From assembly GCA_964636325.1 (NCBI GenBank), contig CAZWRV010000019.1, positions 10,471 through 74,470 of the forward strand: 64,000 bases of DNA. The letters are read 5' to 3'. Below are positions 1-7,592 of the stretch, piece by piece. This DNA is from an uncultured Victivallaceae bacterium (lineage in GTDB: Bacteria > Verrucomicrobiota > Lentisphaeria > Victivallales > GWF2-50-93). The position numbers and the translations under genes were made by a program. The notes under the pieces were generated by a model. The model was not told where the DNA came from, did not search any database, and saw only the letters and a program-made list of their open reading frames with translations. The stretch's first letter is position 1; each line of letters begins with the position of its first letter.

Positions 1-758
1 AATATGCCTCATTCATCGAGATGGCGCAGGACATCGGAGCCTTCTCGGACCAGGAGTCGGAGCTGCTGAAGAACGCTTTTTCGCTGAGGGAGCGCACTGT
101 CGGGAAAATAATGAAGGGCAGGCTGGACCTGACACCCATACACACCGGGATGTCGCCGGACGAGATAGTCCTGACGATACGTCAGAAGTGCCAGCGATAT
201 TATCCGGTCGTGAAAAAGTCGCTCGACGACTCCGAGGGAATCCTTTCCGCGAAGAGCTTCTTCTTCCTGGCGAAGGAGCAAAGGGGCCGGTGGCTGCAGT
301 CGACCTGTGTCATCCCCGCGGTCTACATCCCGGAGAACGCCCCGCTTATCAAGGCGTTCACCACGCTCAGGGCCAAAGAGGTTCCCGCCGCACTCGTCAC
401 GGACGAATACGGCGGGGTGGCAGGCATGATAGACATCACCGACATCTACGACGAGGTGGTCGGTGACGTCGAGGAGGAATACGAGAGCCCCGGCTGGCGC
501 GTCCGCAGGGCGGGCAAGCATTCCTGGAAGGCGGACGGACAAATACCGCTGCTGGATCTCAGTGGAATCATAGGCGTTGGCATCGCCGGGGCCGAGTCAA
601 ACACCCTCAACGGCATATTCCTGGAGAAGCTCGGCCGCATGCCCAGGCCCGGCGACAGGCTGCGGCTCGGCAACCTCGAAATCAGAGCTGTGACCGTCCT
701 CAGGAACCGGGTCGGAGAGGTCGAGCTCAAGCTTATTAACGTCGCAAGGCAGGAATGA
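1..758 (+). CDS. CNNM/CorC (hemolysin TlyC-like) CBS + CorC_HlyC transporter-associated protein, 5'-truncated by window edge
   Basis: CBS-pair motif VTDEYGGVAGMIDITDIYDEVVG and C-terminal NTLNGIFLEKLGRMPRPGD. The frame is open upstream of the Met at 21. Confidence 0.85.
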   Translation, partial: YASFIEMAQDIGAFSDQESELLKNAFSLRERTVGKIMKGRLDLTPIHTGMSPDEIVLTIRQKCQRYYPVVKKSLDDSEGILSAKSFFFLAKEQRGRWLQSTCVIPAVYIPENAPLIKAFTTLRAKEVPAALVTDEYGGVAGMIDITDIYDEVVGDVEEEYESPGWRVRRAGKHSWKADGQIPLLDLSGIIGVGIAGAESNTLNGIFLEKLGRMPRPGDRLRLGNLEIRAVTVLRNRVGEVELKLINVARQE

Positions 759-759
759 A

Positions 760-1758
760 ATGACATACATCCTCCTGACAGTGCTCTTCGTGATGGCCCA
801 GGGCTTCTACAGCGGAATGGAGACCGGCATGGTCTCGCTGCTGAAGCCCAGGGTGCGGCACGGCATCAAGGAGAATGTCCGCGGAGCCAGGATACTCTAC
901 TTCTTCAGCATGCATCCGGGGATAATGATATCCACTACGCTCGTCTTCGTGAACATATGCGTCGTCTGTTCATCCAACACTGCGAAAAGGGCGTTCGAAT
1001 ATTTCGGGCTCTGCGGCCCCGGATGGATGACCGCGCTCACTGTCTTCATGGGGCTCGTCCTCCTTTTCGTTGAGATCATCATGAAGAACTGGTTCCGACA
1101 GCAGCCCTATGAAAGGTGCCTGATGTTCGCATACGTCCTCAACGCCTCATACTACATGCTCTATTTCCCGGTGCGGGCGCTTTCCGCGTTCACCGTGCTG
1201 GTCAACAGGACATTGGGCGGCAGGGGCGGAGGCGATGACGAGAGGGCGCGAGCCATGATGCGGGAGGACTTCTTCATACTTCTGGAGGAGAGCGAACGCA
1301 GCGGCGCGATAGACCCGGAAGCGGCGGACATGCTCAACCGCTCCCTCGACATCCACGGCATCTGCGCCGCAGACGTCATGCTCGGAAGGGACTGCGTCAA
1401 GGATCTGCCGCTCTCGTCCAGCGTTGCCCAGGCCGTGGCATTCTGCAGGGACAACAGGATTTCAAGGGCGCCCGTCCAGGCGGCGGACGCAAAAGTCTCC
1501 CCTGGACAGCCCTGGCAGGGAATATTCAGCGTCTATGACGCCTTCTTCAACATCCCCGAGGAGGAATGGGAATCTGTCAAGGTCACGGAATGCCTCAGGC
1601 CTACCGAAACAATTTCCGCTGACAGCGGCTTCGAAGAGATGCTGGCCAAGTCAAGGGCCGTAAAAAGCCCGCTGCTGGTAGTCACGGACCCCGAGGATCC
1701 GTCAAAACACCTAGGCATAGCCACTCCAATCGAAATAGTCCGGAAGATATTCGGATAG
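760..1758 (+). CDS. CNNM (DUF21) transmembrane + CBS domain protein
   Basis: N-terminal FYSGMETGMVSL DUF21 motif, several hydrophobic helices, then CBS-like repeats. No CorC C-terminal domain. Confidence 0.8.
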   Translation: MTYILLTVLFVMAQGFYSGMETGMVSLLKPRVRHGIKENVRGARILYFFSMHPGIMISTTLVFVNICVVCSSNTAKRAFEYFGLCGPGWMTALTVFMGLVLLFVEIIMKNWFRQQPYERCLMFAYVLNASYYMLYFPVRALSAFTVLVNRTLGGRGGGDDERARAMMREDFFILLEESERSGAIDPEAADMLNRSLDIHGICAADVMLGRDCVKDLPLSSSVAQAVAFCRDNRISRAPVQAADAKVSPGQPWQGIFSVYDAFFNIPEEEWESVKVTECLRPTETISADSGFEEMLAKSRAVKSPLLVVTDPEDPSKHLGIATPIEIVRKIFG

Positions 1759-1761
1759 GGA

Positions 1762-1811
1762 TGGTCGGGATGGAGAGATTCGAACTCTCGACCTTTAGAC
1801 CCCCAGTCTAA
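1762..1811 (-). pseudogene. 3' half of tRNA-Pro(GGG), att-like remnant (not an intact tRNA)
   Basis: Minus strand reads TTAGA-CTGGGGG-TCTAA (anticodon arm), AGGTC, GAGAG-TTCGAAT-CTCTC (T arm), CATCCCG-A-CCA. The required 5' acceptor strand CGGGATG and the D arm are absent upstream. Confidence 0.85.
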
Positions 1812-1906
1812 AAAACACCCCTCTGAGAAGAGCCTTTGAACTCAATCTCATACCACCTTTAACACCCTAAAACTTGCGTCTGTGGTAGCAAATCTGGTAG
1901 CAGATT

Positions 1907-2137
1907 TTAGCACCTGAAGAAGACCGGCCATGACGTCCCGTGCTCGTCGCGCCCCGTCTCTGCCATGCACCAGGCGTTGTATCCGACGGAGCATTCGTCA
2001 ATGAAGAGCCCGTCGGGGATCGAGGAAAGCCTGTAGAAGTGCAGAAGGCACGACAATCCCAGCAGGAGCGCCGCGGCCGCCGCAAATGAAATGCGGGGCC
2101 GCCATTTCCGCGCCAGAATGCCGTTGGATTCCATCAT
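1907..2137 (-). pseudogene. N-terminal fragment of GT-C (ArnT/PMT-like) glycosyltransferase
   Basis: TM helix followed by RLSSIPDGLFIDECSVGYNAWCMAETGRDEHG (GT-C first-loop DE motif), then a stop after 77 codons. Confidence 0.65.
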
Positions 2138-2159
2138 AATGCGAAAGACCTGAGCGGGA

Positions 2160-2200
2160 GTAAACATTCAGTGAAAGGGCGTAGTTCACTGAATATTTAC
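2160..2200. repeat. 41-bp palindromic element (family A), flanked by 8-bp direct repeat GAGCGGGA
   Basis: GTAAACATTCAGTGAA-AGGGCGTAG-TTCACTGAATATTTAC. GAGCGGGA at 2152-2159 and 2201-2208. Confidence 0.85.
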
Positions 2201-2229
2201 GAGCGGGAATTGATGCTGCCTGCCGGACA

Positions 2230-2745
2230 TCACCCCGGTTTCCTCCCCACCGTTATTATGAACGACCTGCGCTTGCGCATGAAGTCCGCGCCGAAGATGG
2301 CCGCGTCAAGGAAATTATACAGCGGCAGCAGAGGACGCAGGAACGAGCTGGCGATGCTCTTGTAGTGCAGGCCGGACAAATATCCTATCTCGACTTCGAA
2401 CCCGCATCCGGAGAACGCCTCCCTGATTTCCTCGGCGCTGACAGGCCGTTCGTTCTTCGTCACCCCCTTCTGGCTGTGCAGCGGCGAGCTGATGTCACGG
2501 TAGAGCCACATGAACGGGTTCCGCCTGTTGGGGTCGAAGGCCACGAATGCCCCGCCAGGACGCAGCACCCTGAACGCCTCTGACGCGCAAAGCCGCTTGT
2601 CGGGGAGATGATGGAGCATGCCGCTGAAAAGGATGTAGTCTACGCTTGAGCCGGCCAGGGGCAGCGCCTCGACATCTCCGTTGACCATGAAGAACTCTAT
2701 CTCGGCCTTTTTGTCCTGATACTGATTATTCAGCTTTGCTTTCAT
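2230..2745 (-). CDS. Class I SAM-dependent methyltransferase (Methyltransf_11-like), apparently lacking its N-terminal motif I
   Basis: GDVEALPLAGSSVDYILFSGMLHHLPD...RVLRPGG motifs. No GxGxG motif, and no room for it before the upstream stop at 2763. Confidence 0.7.
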   Translation of the reverse strand: MKAKLNNQYQDKKAEIEFFMVNGDVEALPLAGSSVDYILFSGMLHHLPDKRLCASEAFRVLRPGGAFVAFDPNRRNPFMWLYRDISSPLHSQKGVTKNERPVSAEEIREAFSGCGFEVEIGYLSGLHYKSIASSFLRPLLPLYNFLDAAIFGADFMRKRRSFIITVGRKPG

Positions 2746-2762
2746 CTGTTTCTGAATGTTTT

Positions 2763-4121
2763 TCAGCCGTGGTCAAAACGGAATATCGATTCGGAAATCA
2801 ACGAAACACCGGTCCTTGCATTTAGCCTAAGCCTATTCCAGGACTTGAGCCTGATGATCTCCTTGAAAATTTTTGACGGCCTCAGGTAGAATCGGCGGTA
2901 TGCCTGCCTCTGGAGATCAAGAAGATCGTCCCTCGACAAGGTTTCAAGCCTGTGCACCGGACCTGTGTGTATGCCATAGTGGGCGTAGTCATGGTCGATT
3001 ATGAGCCCCTTGCTGTCAAGCTGCTCAAAGACGGCGCTTTTGGGGAACGGCTTGAGCACGTGGAACTTGGCGATATCCGGATCAAGCCTTATGGAAAAGT
3101 CGATCGTATCGTTGATCGTCCCCCTGTCCTCGCCCGGAATTCCTATCAGGAAGAAGCCCCATGTCTCGATGCCCAGTTCCTTGGCGATTGCAAACGCCTC
3201 CTCTATCTGCTGAAGCCTAGTCCCCTTCTGGACTATGTCGAGGATCCTCTGGTTTCCCGACTCCACGCCTATGGCGACGCTGTATGTGCCGGAGTCCTTG
3301 AGAGCCTTGAGTATTTCCTTGTTTATGAAGTCCGCCCGGATTCCGTTGGGGAAGGCGAACCTGCACTTGATTTTCCTTGCCAGTATCCCGTCCCTGATCG
3401 CGAAGACCCTGTTCCTGTTCGTGATGAAATTGTCGTCCCGGAAATGTATCTCCCTGGCGCCGTATTCCCTGATTACCAGCTCTATCTCGTCAAGGACGTT
3501 TTCCGCGCTTCTGCAGCGGAACCTTCTTCCGTGCAGGAATTTAGCGGTGCAGAAGCTGCAGTTGCCGGGGCAGCCCCTGCTTGTTATCATCGGCACCGCA
3601 ACAGATTCGATGGCGTCGGGATACGAATATCTGTGTCCCTTGAAAAGATGCCTTGCAGGAAACGGAAGGGAGTCCAAGTCCTCTATCGGAGTGCGCTCCT
3701 GGTTCCGGACTATCCGCCCCCCCTGCCTGGACACAAGCCCCCTTATTTCGGAGAAGTCACCGCCATGCTCGAGGCATTTCGCCAGCTCGCAAATCGTCCA
3801 CTCTCCCTCCCCGACCACCGTGAAGTCTATCGGCCCGCAGGAGGCGCATTCCTCGGGCATGATGCTCGCATGTATGCCTCCGATCACAGTGGCGGCCGAG
3901 CAGCATTCCTTCGCTATCCTGGCTATTCCGACAGCTCCGGGAAAGACCGGCGTCGTTGCTGTCACTCCGACAAGCGCGGGATTCTCGGACTTGAATATCT
4001 CACGAAGGCGCACTTCTCCTATCTGTTCGGCGTCGATATCGATGATCCTCACCGAATGCCCGTCCGTGAGCAAAACATGGGGGGGCTTGTCAAACCCAAG
4101 CTCGGCTCCGAGGAGCGTCAT
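2763..4121 (-). CDS. B12-binding radical SAM protein (class B methylase/BchE-like)
   Basis: ITSRGCPGNCSFC CxxxCxxC motif, N-terminal B12-binding Rossmann segment (VIGGIHAS), GVESGNQ and GFFLIGIPGE motifs. Confidence 0.9.
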   Translation of the reverse strand: MTLLGAELGFDKPPHVLLTDGHSVRIIDIDAEQIGEVRLREIFKSENPALVGVTATTPVFPGAVGIARIAKECCSAATVIGGIHASIMPEECASCGPIDFTVVGEGEWTICELAKCLEHGGDFSEIRGLVSRQGGRIVRNQERTPIEDLDSLPFPARHLFKGHRYSYPDAIESVAVPMITSRGCPGNCSFCTAKFLHGRRFRCRSAENVLDEIELVIREYGAREIHFRDDNFITNRNRVFAIRDGILARKIKCRFAFPNGIRADFINKEILKALKDSGTYSVAIGVESGNQRILDIVQKGTRLQQIEEAFAIAKELGIETWGFFLIGIPGEDRGTINDTIDFSIRLDPDIAKFHVLKPFPKSAVFEQLDSKGLIIDHDYAHYGIHTGPVHRLETLSRDDLLDLQRQAYRRFYLRPSKIFKEIIRLKSWNRLRLNARTGVSLISESIFRFDHG

Positions 4122-4186
4122 CCTCGATGGCCGTTTTGGTGTAAAACGCAGAAACGACCTAAAATAGTCATATATGGAAGGATGGT

Positions 4187-4600
4187 TCAGAACGGCAGCT
4201 TAGAGAGGAAGACCATGATCTTGTGCTCCCAGTGTTCGGGGGCCTTCTGCATCTTGTCTATTTCCGCGTTGATGGCGTCCAGTTCCCCCCTGTCCAGCCA
4301 TAGGCCCTGGCATTTTCTGCAGTGCTCCAGGACTATGTCCGAGAACGAGATGAAATTGACCTTCACCATCTTCGTTCCCTTGCATTTCGGGCAGCATGCG
4401 TCGGAGATGCTGTCTATGTCGGCGGCATCCGTGGAACAGTATTCGATGTCGCCGTCGTGCGGATGGGTTATGGCGTCGAGCTCGCCCTTGTGGAGCCAGA
4501 CCCCGCCGCACTTTCCGCATGTGTCGATCCTGATGCCGTTTATCTCCTGGCATTCAAGCTTCAACCCTTCGCAGCGCGGACATGTCAGTTCGTCAGGCAT
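4187..4600 (-). CDS. Double zf-TFIIB-like zinc-ribbon protein
   Basis: Two repeats: CPRC...CGKCGGVWLHKGELD and CPKC...CRKCQGLWLDRGELD. Confidence 0.85.
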   Translation of the reverse strand: MPDELTCPRCEGLKLECQEINGIRIDTCGKCGGVWLHKGELDAITHPHDGDIEYCSTDAADIDSISDACCPKCKGTKMVKVNFISFSDIVLEHCRKCQGLWLDRGELDAINAEIDKMQKAPEHWEHKIMVFLSKLPF

Positions 4601-4747
4601 CCTCAATTCCCCTTTTCCCAATTCTTCTCAAAAGTTCAGATTTTCGGCGCAGAATTCCGGCGTTGAAACGGCGTCAATCACTCACTTCCGCCCTTTGCCG
4701 GCCCTCACAACGGCAAATCTGAAAGAGAAACCCATGTCGCATGAATT

Positions 4748-6085
4748 TCACGGGTTGATCTTATCATCAAAATAACGCCTGAGGCCGTCTATTGCAACTC
4801 TTTCCTGGGACATAGAATCCCTGTCTCGGACGGTGACGGCCTGGTCGTCCTGCGACTGGAAGTCGTAGGTGACGCAGTATGGCGTGCCGATCTCGTCCTG
4901 GCGGCGATAGCGCTTGCCGATGCTGCCGGTGACGTCGAATTCGGCCCTGAACCGCTTCCGCATGTCCTTATATATGTTCTCTGCAGGCTCGGCAATCTTC
5001 TTCGCCAGCGGCAATATTGCGATCTGCACCGGCGCGACCTTTGCAGGAAACCTGAGGACAATCCTTAGATCCTCGTCCATCCCCTCCTTCTTGGTCTCCG
5101 CCCTGTCCTCGTCGTAGGAGTGGCAGATCAGCGCGAGGACGGTGCGGTCGACTCCGACCGAGGTCTCGACGACGACCGGCACGAGTTTTGAGTTGGTGGC
5201 CTGGTCGAAATATTCGAGGTTCTGCGCGGAGAACTCCTGGTGCCTGGACATGTCCCATGTGCCGCGGTGGTGGATGCCCTCCAGCTCGCCCCATCCGAAC
5301 GGGAAGCGGAACTCTATGTCGAGCGCGGCCTTCGCGTAGTGCGCCAGCGTCTCGTGCTCGTGTATCTTGAGCTCGTCATCCTTGAACTGGAGCAGTTCCC
5401 TGTAGTATTTTATCCGCTCCTCCCTCCAGAACTCGTACCAGCTCATGGACTCCTCGTCCTTGCAGAAGAACTCCATCTCCATCTGGCTGAACTCCCTGGA
5501 GCGGAAGGTGAAGTTGCGCGGGTTGATTTCGTTCCTGAACGCCTTCCCTATCTGGGCTATCCCGAAAGGGAGCGTGCGCCTGGCGGCGATGCGGACGAGA
5601 TGGAAGTCCACGAAGATCGGCTGGCAGGTCTCCGCCCTGAGGTAGGCGACGTGCTCCTCGTCGAAGACCGGGCCGACGAAGGTCTTCATCATCAGGTTGA
5701 ATTCGCGCGGCGGCGTCAGGTTCTTCGAGCCGCAGTTGGAGCACTTAGTCTGATCCTCCATCTGGTCCACGCGGAAGCGCGCCTTGCAGTCGCGGCAGTC
5801 CGTCATCATGTCGCCGAACTTGTCAAGATGCCCCGACGCCTTCCACACCATCGGATGGCATATTATCGTCGAGTCGAGGCCTTCGACGTTGTCCCTCGCC
5901 TCGACCATGTTGTGCCACCAGAGCTGTTCGACCGCCCGCTTGAGCGCCGTGCCGTAGGGGCCGTAGTCCCAGAAGCCGTTGATGCCGCCGTATATCTCCG
6001 AGCTCTGGAATATGAAGCCGCGCCGCTTGCACAGCGACACTATCTTGTCCATAAGTTCCGGATTCTTGCCGTCTTCTGTAGCCAT
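4748..6085 (-). CDS. glyQS: Glycine--tRNA ligase (alpha2 type)
   Basis: LCKRRGFIFQSSEIYGG, YLRAETCQ, GKAFRNEI, FRSREFSQMEMEFF, GSIGKRYRRQDEIGTP. Confidence 0.97.
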   Translation of the reverse strand: MATEDGKNPELMDKIVSLCKRRGFIFQSSEIYGGINGFWDYGPYGTALKRAVEQLWWHNMVEARDNVEGLDSTIICHPMVWKASGHLDKFGDMMTDCRDCKARFRVDQMEDQTKCSNCGSKNLTPPREFNLMMKTFVGPVFDEEHVAYLRAETCQPIFVDFHLVRIAARRTLPFGIAQIGKAFRNEINPRNFTFRSREFSQMEMEFFCKDEESMSWYEFWREERIKYYRELLQFKDDELKIHEHETLAHYAKAALDIEFRFPFGWGELEGIHHRGTWDMSRHQEFSAQNLEYFDQATNSKLVPVVVETSVGVDRTVLALICHSYDEDRAETKKEGMDEDLRIVLRFPAKVAPVQIAILPLAKKIAEPAENIYKDMRKRFRAEFDVTGSIGKRYRRQDEIGTPYCVTYDFQSQDDQAVTVRDRDSMSQERVAIDGLRRYFDDKINP

Positions 6086-6534
6086 GCCGTCAGTTCCTCC
6101 GCGTGATCATGCAAATTCAAACTTCCTGAATAAGCCTTGCCGTGAAATACCGACTCCCAGAAGGTATTTCAGATTCAGATTTCCGGCTCACCTCGCTAAA
6201 AAGCAGCAAGGGCATTATCCATGGACTGCAAACATTTCATAGGAGTGGTCCGGAAAATCTGAAATTCAAGCTGCGGAACTTACAAGCGCCCAATGCGTTT
6301 TGCAAGATATGCTCCTTTAGTCGGAACGAAAAAATCCAATCCCAAATCTTGCTCGTCAAAATGTAAATTTTCACGCTAAAGGAGTATAAATATGCGCGGG
6401 CAACGTCATGCCGGCAGTCTCGGCAAATATTAATTTAACCCATCAAATCACCGCTTTTTCAGCGGCCGCTTGTAAAAAGGCCTGTTTGCAGTATTCTATA
6501 TAGCACGATAGAAAATATTATAGTGGGAATGATT

Positions 6535-6792
6535 ATGAATGTACTTTCCGCAAATGAAATCAAAACACGCGGGGTTTCCGCGCTCCAATCCATCGAAGAC
6601 GATGGCGGAGAAGCCATGATAACTGTCAGAGGCAGGGAAAAATACGTCATCATGACCGTCGAGCAATACAACCATCTGCGCGAATGCGAGATTGAGGCCG
6701 CACTGATGGAAGCGAAAAAGGACATCGAAGACGGGAATGTGATCATTGAAAGTGTGTCGAAGCATCTGAAGAGAATCAGGAATGGCTTATAA
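6535..6792 (+). CDS. Type II antitoxin, Phd/YefM-like
   Basis: 86 aa with ANEIKTRGV...MITVRGREKYVIM pattern. Overlaps the downstream toxin start. Confidence 0.75.
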   Translation: MNVLSANEIKTRGVSALQSIEDDGGEAMITVRGREKYVIMTVEQYNHLRECEIEAALMEAKKDIEDGNVIIESVSKHLKRIRNGL

Positions 6793-7057
6793 GATCATCT
6801 ATACGGCAAGCTATCTGAGAAGAGCTGCGAAATTCGCGCATAAACACCCTGAACTGCTCATGCAGTATCAGAAGACGCTCGAGCTGCTCGAAGCTGATCC
6901 GCAGCATCCATCCTTGAGGCTTCACAAGCTAAAGGGCAAACTTGACGGCCTTTATTCCGTTTCTATAAACATCAGTTCCCGCATAACTCTAATAATGATA
7001 ATACAAGAATCTTCCATTATCCCAGTCGACATAGGCAAACATGAAGAGGTTTATTAA
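6782..7057 (+). CDS. Type II toxin, RelE/YafQ-like mRNA interferase
   Basis: 91 aa with DPQHPSLRLHKLKGKLDGLYSVSIN...IGKHEEVY, a typical RelE/ParE superfamily pattern. Confidence 0.8.
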   Translation: MAYKIIYTASYLRRAAKFAHKHPELLMQYQKTLELLEADPQHPSLRLHKLKGKLDGLYSVSINISSRITLIMIIQESSIIPVDIGKHEEVY

Positions 7058-7065
7058 TCCAAAAA

Positions 7066-7539
7066 GTGCAAAATAAAGACAAAAATATTTCCGAGCTGGC
7101 GAAGAACAAGAAGGCGTTCCACGACTTCAGCATACTTGACACGCTGGAGGCGGGCATCGAGCTGAAGGGCACCGAGGTCAAGAGCTGCCGGGCGAAGAAC
7201 ATCACCATGAGCGACTCGCACGTGAAGATCCACGGCAGCGAGGCCTTCCTATACAACGTCCATATCGCTCCCTACGAATGCGGCAACATACACAACCATC
7301 CGCCGCTGCGGACGCGCCGGCTCCTGCTGCACAGGCGCGAGATACGCAAGCTCACGCAGGCCCTGCGGGAGAAGGGCTGCACCATCATCCCGCTCAAGTT
7401 CTACCTGAAGGACGGCCGTGTCAAGGTGGAGATCGCGGTCGCAAAAGGGAAGACTCACGGCGACAAGCGCGAGACCCTCAGGCGACGCCAGCACGACCTA
7501 GAAACTAGGAAAGCCGTGTCGTCCGCAAGGAGAAGATAG
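7066..7539 (+). CDS. smpB: SsrA-binding protein SmpB
   Basis: NKKAFHDFSILDTLEAGIELKGTEVKS, RRLLLHRREI, GKTHGDKRE. Confidence 0.97.
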   Translation: MQNKDKNISELAKNKKAFHDFSILDTLEAGIELKGTEVKSCRAKNITMSDSHVKIHGSEAFLYNVHIAPYECGNIHNHPPLRTRRLLLHRREIRKLTQALREKGCTIIPLKFYLKDGRVKVEIAVAKGKTHGDKRETLRRRQHDLETRKAVSSARRR

Positions 7540-7592
7540 CCACAAGAAGCACAAAATATTTCATCGCCAGGCGCAAAGATGAGACTTCGTTT

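Noticed and set aside
1762-1840. Intact tRNA-Pro gene
   Set aside because: No 5' acceptor strand (CGGGATG) or D arm upstream of the anticodon arm on the minus strand.
4187-4600. Novel role for the double zinc-ribbon gene downstream of glyQS
   Set aside because: Common small family; nothing in the sequence supports a functional link beyond adjacency.
2952-4775. Long antisense/alternate-frame ORFs (e.g. 2952-4775, 25480-26685, 55496-56914)
   Set aside because: Shadow ORFs typical of high-GC coding DNA, lying over well-supported genes and with no motifs.
6086-6520. T-box riboswitch, tmRNA or small ORF upstream of glyQS / near smpB
   Set aside because: No T-box AAGGTGGNACC motif or tmRNA termini recognised; the 74-aa ORF at 6142 has no recognisable features.
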